Origin: Eledone cirrhosa
Lineage: Eukaryota
Direction: 5' to 3'
Assembly (NCBI GenBank): GCA_964016885.1
Contig: CAXHJY010001702.1
Coordinates: 1 to 36,898 of the forward strand
Length of the DNA stretch: 36,898 bases
The notes under the pieces were generated by a model. It was given only the letters and a program-made list of their open reading frames with translations. It ran no database searches and was not told where the DNA came from. The position numbers and the translations under genes were made by a program. Of this stretch, positions 23,948 through 35,200 are shown one piece after another. Positions within the stretch are counted from its first letter, which is position 1; each line of letters starts with the position of its first letter.

Positions 23948-24445
23948 GTAATTTGATTGGTTGGTCAATAAGTATAATAAATTTCGCGCCAGTTCGCGTT
24001 ACAAAGTTCTTCAAACAAGGGAGGGGCGGGGCTCAGGTTGTTTTTTCATACATGAGTGTTTGAATTTCTTTTTACTTAAAAAAAAGGGGCTCAGGAAAGC
24101 TTTTTTTTAATAAATGTAATTTGATTGGTTATAAATGAAATTATGGCTGTCACGTGAACAAGTTCATTAAATATCGCGCCCGTATTTTGGAATTTATTTT
24201 ATAGCCTTTTAGAGAATTTTATGACAAACAAAAGATAATGGTCAAGAGAAATGGGATGGGAGAATTGTTCTGGTTCAGTGAATATAGCAGGTTGTTTTTT
24301 CATATATGAGTGAAGTTTGGTTGGTTGATGTAGTCACGTGAATTTATTTTATAGCCTTTTAGAGAATTTTATGATAAGCAAAAGATAATGGTCAAGAGAA
24401 ATGGGATGGGAGAATTGTTCTGGTTCAGTGAATATGGCTGGTTCG
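23948..24445. repeat. Degenerate ~150-170-bp-period repeats, including a ~104-bp direct duplication (24190-24293 / 24340-24443)
   Basis: Recurring taatttgattggtt, aaat[t/a]tcgcgcc, gtcacgtgaa and caggttgttttttcata.atgagtg. Confidence 0.75.
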
Positions 24446-24509
24446 CTGGGGTGTCAGAATTCAGATTTTTTAATGAAATAAAGAAAGTAAAGATATGTAT
24501 GTTTATTTG

Positions 24510-24794
24510 TGTGCTTGTGTGTGTGTGTGTATAGGAAGATGATTCTATTAGTAGAAATGGGAGAGGGAGTTTGTGTGTGTGTATATGGGTGTTATGTGTG
24601 TGTGTGTGTGGGGGGGGGGTATGTTAAGATGGATAGAATATATATATATTTTGTGTGTGTGTATATGTGTAGGAAAGTGATTCTATTAGTAGAAATGGGG
24701 GAGGGAGTTGTGTGTGTGTGGGGGGGGGGAGTGTTATATGTGTGTATGGGTGTTATGTGTGTTATTGAGTATGGTTAGCATGTTAAGATGAAGA

Positions 24795-24831
<37 letters not shown>

Positions 24832-24870
24832 GTGTGTGTGTGTAGGAAAATGATTCCGTTAGTAGGAATA
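24510..24870. repeat. Degenerate ~140-170-bp tandem repeat with embedded (TG)n/(TA)n/Gn, about 2.5 copies
   Basis: taggaa..tgattc..ttagtag.aat occurs at ~24532, ~24670 and ~24843. Confidence 0.78.
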
Positions 24871-25043
24871 TTTTTGAATGAACGTATTTTCCTTACTTAT
24901 TCGTATTTGTTCTGTTGTATTGTCAGTGCAAACGTATGTTGAGGTTTATTTAGTTCGGGTTTTTATTTTCTAAAGTAGAAGGTGTTATGTGTATATGTGT
25001 CTGTTTGGATGGTTAGCATATTATGGTGTTGACATAATGTATA

Positions 25044-26215
25044 TTAAACCATATTTAATGCTGGTCTATATTTTTTAATAAACATATTTTCCTTATTTAT
25101 TAGTATTTGTTCTGTTCTATTGTCAGCGCAAAGGTAAAATGGGAAGACTTGGAATTTGGGTGTCTTATTACTTGCGCATGTCTAGATGTGCGCTTAGTGG
25201 TATCTGTCTCGTGGTTGGATCTCGTAATTGTTGGCGATGAACTGTCATTCTGTTTCTGAGTGTGAGTTTAGTTTGTCCTATATAATCTTCATTGCATCCT
25301 TTACATTTAATGGCATAAATTAGATTTTTTGTTGAGCAAGTGAAGTGATTTTTTACAGCAAAATTTTGTCCGGATTTAAATGTATACGTGTTGCCTTCAA
25401 TGAGGTGAGTGCAGGTTCCACAATTAAAGCGACCACATTTTTTGACAGTTGGTTGTGGGTTTGTGGTAGGTAATTTGGCATTGGTGAGTAATGTTTTCAG
25501 TGATTTCGGTTGTCTTTTGCTTTTGATTATTTTGTATGTTTCAAAGGCTTTTTTTCATTCTTGGGTCTTGTTTCAGTAGTGGGATGTTCTTGTGAATAGT
25601 GTTGTAAGCTTCCGCATTTCTTGGGTTGCGTGTTGAGATATATGATAGAATATTGAACGTACCTTGAATTTGTTTCTGTTTTCATAATTCATCAATGCCT
25701 ATTGCTTTAGCCCTTTCTATTCCATTATTTATTAGTAATGGTGGGTACTGTCTTTCGAGTAGAATTTCCTTTAATTCTTGAAGTCTTTTATTTCGCGTTT
25801 CATAATTGGAGACAATTGTGCAAATTCTTCTTGCTAGGTTAAAAGGAATGTTCGTCTTCGTGTGCTTTGGATGGTTGGAGGTGAATAGCAGGTATTGTTT
25901 GGAATCTGTTGGTTTGTAGTGTGTGTCAGTTTCAATATTTGTGTCTTTTTTTAAAGATTAATATGTCCAGAAATGGGAGTTGATCTTGGCTGTATTCCAT
26001 TGTGAATTGGATGTGGTTATTGGTGCCGTTTATTAAGTTTTTGAAATCATTCAGTTGGTCGAGTGTGTGGGACCAAAGAATGAGACAATCATCCATGTAG
26101 CGTTTCCAATTCTCTGATAAATATTTGTGGAAGTTCAATCCGTATTTTGATTTGGACTGTTCATATATCTGGAATTCTAAGTATGCCATGACTAAGTTGG
26201 CATAAGTTGGAGCGG

Positions 26216-26217
<2 letters not shown>
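25044..26217 (-). pseudogene. Neptune-like Penelope element: RT C-half, Cys-rich linker and GIY-YIG endonuclease, frameshifted and 5' truncated at a microsatellite
   Basis: Manual translation: APTYANLVMAYLE, WKRYMDD, IQFTME, LPFLDI, HYKPTDSKQYLLFTSNHPKHTKTNIPFNLARRI, KCGRFNCGTC, NLIYAIKCKGCNEDYIGQTKLTLRNRMTVH, KENMFIKKYRPALNMV*. Confidence 0.93.
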
Positions 26218-26293
<76 letters not shown>

Positions 26294-26375
26294 TGTGTGT
26301 GTGTTTGGTTGAGTCTATTTACATATTTTAAACCAGCAATGTCAAAATAACAGAAAACTTCCCACAAAGAATAAT

Positions 26376-26415
26376 TAAAATGATAAGACGTGTAAAATCA
26401 CGTCTTATCATTTTA
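26376..26415. repeat. 17-bp perfect hairpin
   Basis: taaaatgataagacgtg-taaaat-cacgtcttatcatttta. Confidence 0.85.
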
Positions 26416-26438
26416 GAAACGTTTATTTTTATTGAGTA

Positions 26439-27357
26439 CTAGCAGAATGGCCCGGCGTTACTCGGGATTTTCTCTAGGGTTCTTATATATTTGATATATA
26501 TTTATCCTTATTGAGCCTCGTGAAATAAATACGTTTATTTATATTTTGTTATTGTGTATGCAAAAATATCTGTACACGAATATATAATTATATATATATC
26601 TATATATCTAAAACAGAGAATGTCTGTCTGTCAGCTCACTAAAACTTGAGAACCACCCAACCGATTGTTTTCAAACTTTACACATGTAATACTTATGGTC
26701 CTGTGAGTGTTTTGAGCAAAAGATATTTCAAATTTTCAATGCCCTAGGGACCGCATTAAGCGATTTAGCGATCTCTCTCTATAATTCTTAGTCTTTCTTT
26801 TTAGATAGATACATAGATATAACGTTGCGCCCTTATAATATCTGTCTGTATGTCTGGCTGTCTGCATTACGTCATTATGACGCGATCAGTGTGTGTATGT
26901 GTGTGTATATATGTATCGTAATGCAGACAGCAAGACATATAGCTTTCGTTCCCCTCTTCCAGCGTCTCTCTCTCTCTCTCTCTCTCTCTCCCGCTATCCC
27001 CCTCTTTTAGTCTGTCTGTTTCTTTCACTCTCACTCTTTCTCTCTGTAACTCGTTCACATTTCTCCCCTCTATCGAAAAACGCTGTGACGAATGGAGAGG
27101 AGGAGGAGTAGAGAGCCACTTCTTCACTTCGCCTCTCCGTTTCTTTCTCTCCCCTCTCACTCCCTCATTATATACAGACATTGGCCACTTCACTAATTCG
27201 ATCCCTAGGTCAGAATAATTTGAAATTTTTTTTTGCTCAAAACACTTCCGGGGCCATACAGGTTACATATGTAAAGTTTGAAAAAAACGGTTGGGTACTT
27301 CTCGAGTTTTAGGGAAACAGACACACAGACAGACATCCTCTGTTTTATATATAGAGA
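26439..27357 (-). mobile_element. Non-autonomous Helitron-like element (composite; contains an inverted second 5' end at ~26599)
   Basis: On minus the 5' end is A|TCTCTATATATAAAAC, and the 3' end is the hairpin cccgagtaacgccggg followed by CTAG|T. This matches Helitron termini and an AT target with no TSD. Confidence 0.72.
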
Positions 27358-27466
27358 TTTTAATGTGAGAGGAACTTGACCTGTTGGTTAGGTTGTAGGA
27401 CTGAAGATCTTAAGGTTGAGGTTTCCATTTCTATATGAGTAATATTAGACTTTACAATTTACACAT

Positions 27467-27710
27467 TCTTCTTCTTCTTCTTCTTCTTCTCATGCTCAGG
27501 GTCTCCCTCTGCATCTCCTGGTGGTTGACTTTTAACTATTAAAAACAAACTAAGAACAAAACTAATAGTCAATGGATCTCCGTCTGTTTCGATGATAAAC
27601 GTTCCAGTTTTTCAATCGATGGATTTGACAACACGTTCAATTTAAGTGGTTGAGTATTCCATAGACGTGTGTAGTCATAACATAATTCTTAGGGAGAATC
27701 TGCTTGATCC
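27467..27710 (-). mobile_element. Interspersed repeat copy with a (GAA)n tail on minus (SINE/LINE 3'-end-like)
   Basis: (TTC)n at 27467-27490 is followed by sequence homologous to 13025-13110, 13615-13725 and 11584-11690. Confidence 0.6.
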
Positions 27711-27937
27711 AGAATCTTCACCCTTTCAATTACATGTATAGTAGTCGATTTGACCGGCTTCCACACAGTCTCTTCTTACCAAGTTTCATTGAGCTAGGTC
27801 TATATCAAAGAAGCCTGATCCTTAAATATTTTACTAATCAGTGCTAAATACATTAGTAATGTATGTGTTCGAGTATACACACACACAGAGACATGCACAC
27901 ATACACAGACACACATCTCTTTCTCACCCTCTCTCTA

Positions 27938-28027
<90 letters not shown>

Positions 28028-28029
<2 letters not shown>

Positions 28030-28161
28030 GAAAATGTTCAAGACCCCGACGGCAGAGCTCAAGCCGTTTCGACGGCTATTTCTGGATGCCCACTCTACTA
28101 CCCAAAGTATTGAGTACTCTGGTGCGTTATGATCCACCTGGTTCCTTACCACACTTCCTTC

Positions 28162-28162
<1 letters not shown>
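28028..28162 (-). mobile_element. 135-bp insertion in (TA)n carrying the 3' half of the 22618-22711 hammerhead
   Basis: 28042-28086 matches 22616-22660 with one substitution. Long TA tracts lie on both sides. Confidence 0.8.
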
Positions 28163-28227
<65 letters not shown>

Positions 28228-28543
28228 CTATATTATATTTAGAGATTAAACTCTTAGTCGTTTACAATTAATCAGCTCAAAGAAAGAGGCATTTCTGAGC
28301 AGTGAAATACAAGTTATATATTAATATATATGATAAACACAAAACGTGTTTGTATTGTAACAGACAAAGTTAGCTAGCAATGAAATAAACTAATTAAAGT
28401 GAATAGAATTTGTCTGTCTCGATATAAGTCAATAAAGACAAGCTTATATTGGCAAAAGCCGTGATTCCTGGACAAATTTAAATTTCAAAATCCAAACCCG
28501 CTCCGTAGATGAATTTGAACTTCGAAACCCAAACATGTTTCGC

Positions 28544-28613
28544 AACGATGGTACATGAATTGAAAAATAAAGAGAATCGATTCTCTTTATTTTTCAATTC
28601 ATGTACCATCGTT
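28544..28613. repeat. Perfect 70-bp spacerless palindrome
   Basis: aacgatggtacatgaattgaaaaataaagagaatc|gattctctttatttttcaattcatgtaccatcgtt. Confidence 0.95.
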
Positions 28614-28629
28614 ATATTAATATATAACT

Positions 28630-28676
<47 letters not shown>

Positions 28677-28961
28677 GAAAGGTATAGAGATTGTTTTAGC
28701 GAGAAGCTAATAGTATTCTATAACATATATGCGACTATATCGTCAAGATGGGAAAAGTAGTTAACGTAAGATTTAGGAAAAATAATTCAAACTCATCTCA
28801 AAAGAGAATCAGGATACAAGTTCATCCACAGAATTTAGTGAAATCCAGGGAAAAATCAATAGACCTTTAACTCATGATAAAATAAAGTTTAAAACACTTA
28901 TCCTTCAATTTGGAATAACATCAAATGCTCTGTATAGTTTTAAAAGACTATTTCATGAAAA

Positions 28962-29065
<104 letters not shown>

Positions 29066-29129
29066 AAAACAAGGAAAAGAATGACTTCACTTGTAGTGTT
29101 AAATAATTTGATTTAATTTTATAATTTTA

Positions 29130-30030
29130 CTAGCAGTGGTACCCGGCGTTGCACGGGATAAGGTATTTTGGAACGCGGGCCGCCAACAGACCTAATCGTC
29201 GAAAAACTGCATGCCTGGACAATATGTAAAGAAAATAAACCGAATACTCTGATGGCTGGATAATCTTTAAGATTTTCCTCGATGCGGGCCCTAGGGGATC
29301 AAGAAAAATAATTTTTTTATGTGCATAATATGCTTTGAAATTTCGGGAAAATCGGCTAGACGTAACAAAGCCCTAAAAATCGGCTAGACGTAAAAAAGCC
29401 CTAAAAATCTGAAAAAATGAAGTTTTTCACCTAATGCGGACCTTAGGCCATAAACAAGTTGAATTTTCTTTGCTCAGGTTATGAAGAAGAGACTGACTAA
29501 TACATAGTTACAATTTCAAGGAAATTGGTCTGACGTAACGCCCCAAAAGAACCTAAAAATCTTTAAAAACGCAGTTTTTCACCTAATGCGGGCCCTAGGA
29601 TATCAAAAAGTTGAATATTTTATGTGCATAACACTCCCTGAAACATAAGTAATACACATGTAAAGTTTGAAAAAAATCGGTTGGGTACTTCTCCGGTTTT
29701 AGGGATTCAAACTCACAGACACACACACAGACACAGACATCCTCAGGGAAGTGACGTAATGCAGACAGCCAGACATACAGATAGATAGTATAAGGGCGCG
29801 ACGTTATATATATGTATCTATCTAAAAAGAGAAAGACTAAGAATTATAGAGCGAGATCGCTAAATCGCCTAATGCGGTCCCTAAGGCATTGAAAATTCTC
29901 AGAACACTCCCTGAAACATACGTATTACATGTGTAAAGTTTGAAAACAGTCGGTTGGGTGGTTCTCAAGTTTTAGGGATTCGAACTCACACACACACACA
30001 GACAGACATCCTCAGTTTTATATATATAGA
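29130..30030 (-). mobile_element. Non-autonomous Helitron-like element with ~152-bp internal subrepeats
   Basis: On minus it begins TCTATATATATAAAACTGAGGATGTCTGTC and ends cccgtgcaacgccggg-taccactg-CTAG|T. atgcgg..c.tagg recurs at 29282, 29434, 29586 and 29872. 29752-30030 is the reverse-complement homologue of 26599-26876. Confidence 0.78.
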
Positions 30031-30068
30031 CTAGCAGAAAACCACCCGGTGGGTGGTTTTCTGCTAGT
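30030..30068. repeat. 18-bp-arm palindrome built from two Helitron-type CTAG ends
   Basis: actagcagaaaaccaccc-ggt-gggtggttttctgctagt. Confidence 0.85.
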
Positions 30069-30868
30069 ATATATATATATTACACACACAGAAATGTATA
30101 TATATTTCTGTGTGTATATATATATATATTACACACACAGAAATGTATATATATTTCTGTGCGTATATATATATATTTCTGTGTGTGTATATATATATAT
30201 ATTACACCTCGCCTCGAACTGGTTACTTCTGGCTTGTGCAAGGTGTCTCTATAGCAACCATCGATTCCCTCGGCCTCAGTGACCAAAGTCAGTGGAGAGG
30301 GGAAGGTAATGTTTCTATAGCACGTGTTTTAGCGTCTATTCACTCTCTCTCTCTCCCTCTCTCCCTCCCGCTATCCCCCTCTCGTAGTCTGTCTCTTTCT
30401 TTCACTCTCACTCTCTCTCTACGCACGTGTTTCCACTGTCGGACAGACAGACAGAGAAATTGCTGGTTATATATATAAGTAGATGAGTTGATAGAACTAG
30501 TAAGTTCTTTGTTAACTTCGGTGGGAAGAATTTGAAAGATTCCTGGTTAACTTTGTTGGAGAACTTTCTTGCATTCGTCGGTGGCGATTGTCAAACTGAG
30601 ATCAGGTTGTGTTGTGATGTGTGACTCTATATATATGAGAGATTTGGGTGTATCTGGTGTGTATGTGTGTGTGTTAATGAGTGTGGGAGTGAAGAGTGAG
30701 AGAAGGTTATTGGTTATCACGGAGCTGTTGGCTATTTATGAAGGTACCCGGAAAAACCCCGTATCTCGGGAACCCGTGCTCCGATTTACGCGAAACTTGT
30801 TTTATTTTATTTATATTCCCATTTCAGGAGCAACTTCTTTCAAATTACATAATCACTGAGTTTTAGTA

Positions 30869-30944
<76 letters not shown>

Positions 30945-31191
30945 TATGTTAAGGTATAAACGCATATATAATGCGTATGGTGATCATGTTTCTAAAAAAA
31001 AAAAGCTCAATGGACCTTGGCACAGATAATTAATAATTCAAATTTAAAAGATACATATATACATATATATATATATAATAAAATAAAACAAGAACGAATG
31101 GGTACTCCTTCATTACGTTTATTGGTTGGTGACACGCATTTCGCTATTGATCAGCTCAAGGTTCATCTGAATTAATCTAGCCCGACTCCCA

Positions 31192-31251
<60 letters not shown>

Positions 31252-31260
<9 letters not shown>

Positions 31261-31745
31261 CAAGGTTTAGCAAATAAGAAAAAGTTTCAAAATATTAAAA
31301 AATTAACTTACTATGGTTACCTTTACCGAGTCGGTTTCGATTCTCAAAAATAAACGGAGTCCATACGGCCTTCGTTGCAAAGAAAGAATCTCGTCAAAAG
31401 GATCTTTTCATTCGGAGAATATAAAATTCTCGAATTCAAATTACGAACTGGCGCTATTCAAAATTGTTCCCGAGATGAGAGTAAATGAAGTGGAATCAAT
31501 TTTTTCAAGGGCCGAGTGTAAAGATAAAGGCAGAGGCAGGGAGGTCAATCGGCTACTGCTATAACTAGCAGCAGTCAGAACGACCAAATTTTTCTCAACA
31601 TAGAGGAGTTTAGTAATAATAGAATATGTGTTCCTACACGCACAAGGCGCTAAGGGACACATGTATTGTCCAACCATATGCCAATGTGGTTCAATGGCAA
31701 GTTAATAAATTAACGAGCCAGAACATATATAATCAAGGTTTAGCA

Positions 31746-31750
<5 letters not shown>
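31252..31750 (-). mobile_element. Non-coding retrozyme-like / pLTR monomer, 473-bp period with a 26-bp terminal direct repeat and one HHR
   Basis: atatataatcaaggtttagcaaataa occurs at 31252-31277 and 31725-31750. (TA)n lies on both sides. Confidence 0.75.
31320..31401 (-). ncRNA. Type I hammerhead ribozyme motif (C3>U core variant)
   Basis: On minus: stem I CCUU/AAGG; core UUGACGA; stem II GAUUCUU/GAGAAUC with a long insert containing a hairpin; GAAA; stem III ACCG-acu-CGGU; GUA triplet (plus 31324-31326). Confidence 0.78.
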
Positions 31751-31807
<57 letters not shown>

Positions 31808-31975
31808 TATAGAGAGAGACAGACAGAAACAGTGAGAGAGAGAGGGGGGGAGAGAACCATATATCATTTGAGAAACACACAGTATTCTCTACACATATAT
31901 ACAATACAAATGATATACATACTTTAAGGTGAATGTATGTATATTTTCCTAAATATATGCTTTATATATTGATGA

Positions 31976-32090
31976 AAGGCATGGGGCTTAATGGTTAGAT
32001 TGGATTCGCAATCGTGAGGTTGTGAGTTCGATTCCCGGACCGGACGATGCGTTATGTCCCTGGGCAAGACATTTTATTTCATGTTGCTCC
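31976..32090 (+). mobile_element. tRNA-derived SINE of a second family (5' part)
   Basis: A-box-like ggcttaatggttag and B-box gagttcgattccc, followed by tgtccctgggcaagacatttta. There is no acceptor stem. Confidence 0.72.
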
Positions 32091-32266
32091 TTCTACCTGG
32101 AGTTGCGATCGATAGATAGTATTAGCAACTGGAAAGACTAATGGAAACATCGTTTCCTCGGTCTGATTTGACGAAAGTCGATCGACTGTCATGTATGTCT
32201 ACAAAATACAATGTTTCTCAAATGATATGTAGGTCTCTCTCTCTCTCTAAATATATCTTTTAATAT

Positions 32267-35200
32267 ACACACAAACACTCACACACACACACACATACTC
32301 AGACACACACTCTCTCTCTCACACACACACTCTCACACACACAATCTCTCACACACACACTCTCTCTCACACACACACTCTCTCACACACACACTCTCAC
32401 ACACACACTCTCACACACACTCTCACACATACACACTCTCTCACACACAAACACTCGCACACACACACACACACACACTCTCTCTCTCACACACACTCTC
32501 ACACACACAATCTCTCACACACACACTCTCTCTCACACACACACACTCTCACACACACACTCTCACACACACACTCTCACACACACTCTCACACACACAC
32601 ACGCTCTCTCACACACACTCTCACTCACACACACCTCTCACACACACACTCTCACTCACACACACACACACTCCCTCTCACACACACTCCTCTCACACAT
32701 TCTCACTCTCTCACACACTCTCTCTCACACACACACTCTCTCACACACTCTCTCTCTCACACACTCTCTCTCACACACACACTCCCTCTCACACACACCT
32801 CTCTCTCACTCTCTCTCACACACACTCACCACACACACTCATCTCACACACACATTCTCTCTCTCACACACACACTCTCTCTCACACACCTCTCTCACAC
32901 ACACACACCTCTCTCACACACACACACACTCTCACACACACTCTCTCACACACACACACTCTCTCTCCACACACACTCTCTCTCACACACTCTCTCCCAC
33001 CCACTCTCTCTCCACACACACACTCACCTCACACACTCTCTCTCTCACACACACACTCTCTCCTCACACACACTCTCTCTCTCACACTCTCTCCTCCTCA
33101 CACACACTCTCTCCCACACACCCACCTCTCTCTCATACACACTCTCTCTCACACACAATCCCTCTCACACACTCCTCTCACACACACACTCTCTCTCACA
33201 CACACACTCTCTCTCTCACACACACTCTCTCTCACACACTCTCTCTCACCCCTCTCTCTCTCACACACACTCTCTCTCACACACTCCCTCTCTCACACAC
33301 ACCTCTCTCTCACACACACACTCTCCTCACACACTCCTCTCTCACACACACTCCCTCTCTCACACACACTCTCTCTCACACACACTCTCTCTCTCATACA
33401 CACTCTCTCTCACACACTCTCTCTCACACACACCCCTCTCCCACACACACTCTCTCTCTCACACACACTCTCTCTCACACACACTTTGTCTCACAACCCT
33501 CTCTCTCTCACACACACTCTCCTCACACACACTCCCTCTCTCACACACACTCCCTCTCTCACACACACTCCTCTCACACACTTTCTCTCACACTCTCTCA
33601 CTCTCACACACCCTCACACACACACACTCTCTCTCACACACAATCTCTCTCACACACCTCCTCACACACACACTCTCTCTCTCACACACACACTCTCTCA
33701 CACACACTCTCTCTCACCCTCTCTCTCTCACACACACTCTCTCTCACACACTCTCTCCCTCACACACACTCTCTCTCTCACACACACACTCTCTCTCACA
33801 CTCTCTCTCTCACACACACTCTCCCTCACACACCCACTCTCTCTCTCATACACACCTCCTCTCACACACAATCCTCTCACACACACACCCACACACACAC
33901 CCTCTCCACACACACACACACACTCACACTCACACACACACTCCCTCTCACACACTCTCTCTCACCCACTCACTCTCTCACACACACTCTCCCACACACA
34001 CCCCCCCTCACACACACACTCCCCTCACACACACTCCTCCACACACACCTCTCCACACACACACCCCCTCCCACACACACTCTCACTCACACACACACCT
34101 CTCTCACACACACCTCCTCACACACCTCTCACACACACACCCCTCCTCACACACACACTCTCTCTCACACACACACTCTCTCACACACACACTTCCTCTC
34201 ACACCCCACACTCTCACACACACACTCTCCACACACACACCCTCCCACACACACACTCCCCTCTCTCACACACACCCTCCACACACACTCACTCACACAC
34301 TCCTCACTCCACACACACTCTCACTCACACACACTCCCACTCTCACACACACCTCTCACACACACACTCTCTCACACTCACTCCTCTCACACACACACCC
34401 ACAACACACACTCTCACACACACACACCCACTCTCACACACACTCCTCTCACACACACTTCACACACACTCTCACCTCACACACACACACTTCCTCCCAC
34501 ACACAACCTCTCACACACACTCTCTCTCTCACACACTCTCTCTCACACACACACTCTCCTCACACACTCTCTCTCTCACACACACTCTCTCACACACACA
34601 CTCTCACACACACCCCTCTCTCACACATCTCTCTATCTCACACACTCTCTCTCACACACACACTCTCTTCACACACTCTCACTCTCACACACACTCTCTC
34701 ACTCACACACACCCTCTCTCACACTCTCTCTCTCACTCTCTCTCTCACACACACTCTCTCTCACACACACACTCTCTCTCTCACACACACTCCTCTCACA
34801 CACACACTCTCACACACACACACTCTCTCACACTCTCTCTCTCTCACACACACTCTCTTCTCACACTCTCTCTCTCACACATACTCTCTCTCACACACAC
34901 TCCCTCTCTCACACACACTCCCTCTCACACACACACTCTCTCTCACACACTTTCTCTCACACTCTCTCTCTCTCACACACACTCTCTCTCACACACACTC
35001 CTCTCACACACACTCCCTCTCCACACACACTCTCTCTCACACACACTTCTCTCACACTCTCTCTCTCACACTCACTCTCTCTCACACACACTCTCTCTCA
35101 CACACACTCCCTCTCTCACACACACTCTCTCACACACACACTTCTCTCACACTCTCTCTCTCTCAAACTCACTCTCTCTCAAACACACTTTCTCTCACAC

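Noticed and set aside
31085-31193. Minus-strand GCTA..TAGC-GAAATGCGTGTC as another hammerhead
   Set aside because: Only a 3'-half resemblance is present, with no CUGANGA core before the TA tract. It could be a truncated pLTR but that cannot be supported here.
31976-32045. Functional tRNA gene (also the B-box-like segment at ~22418-22435 on minus)
   Set aside because: A/B boxes are present but there is no cloverleaf acceptor stem, and the sequence continues into SINE-like body.
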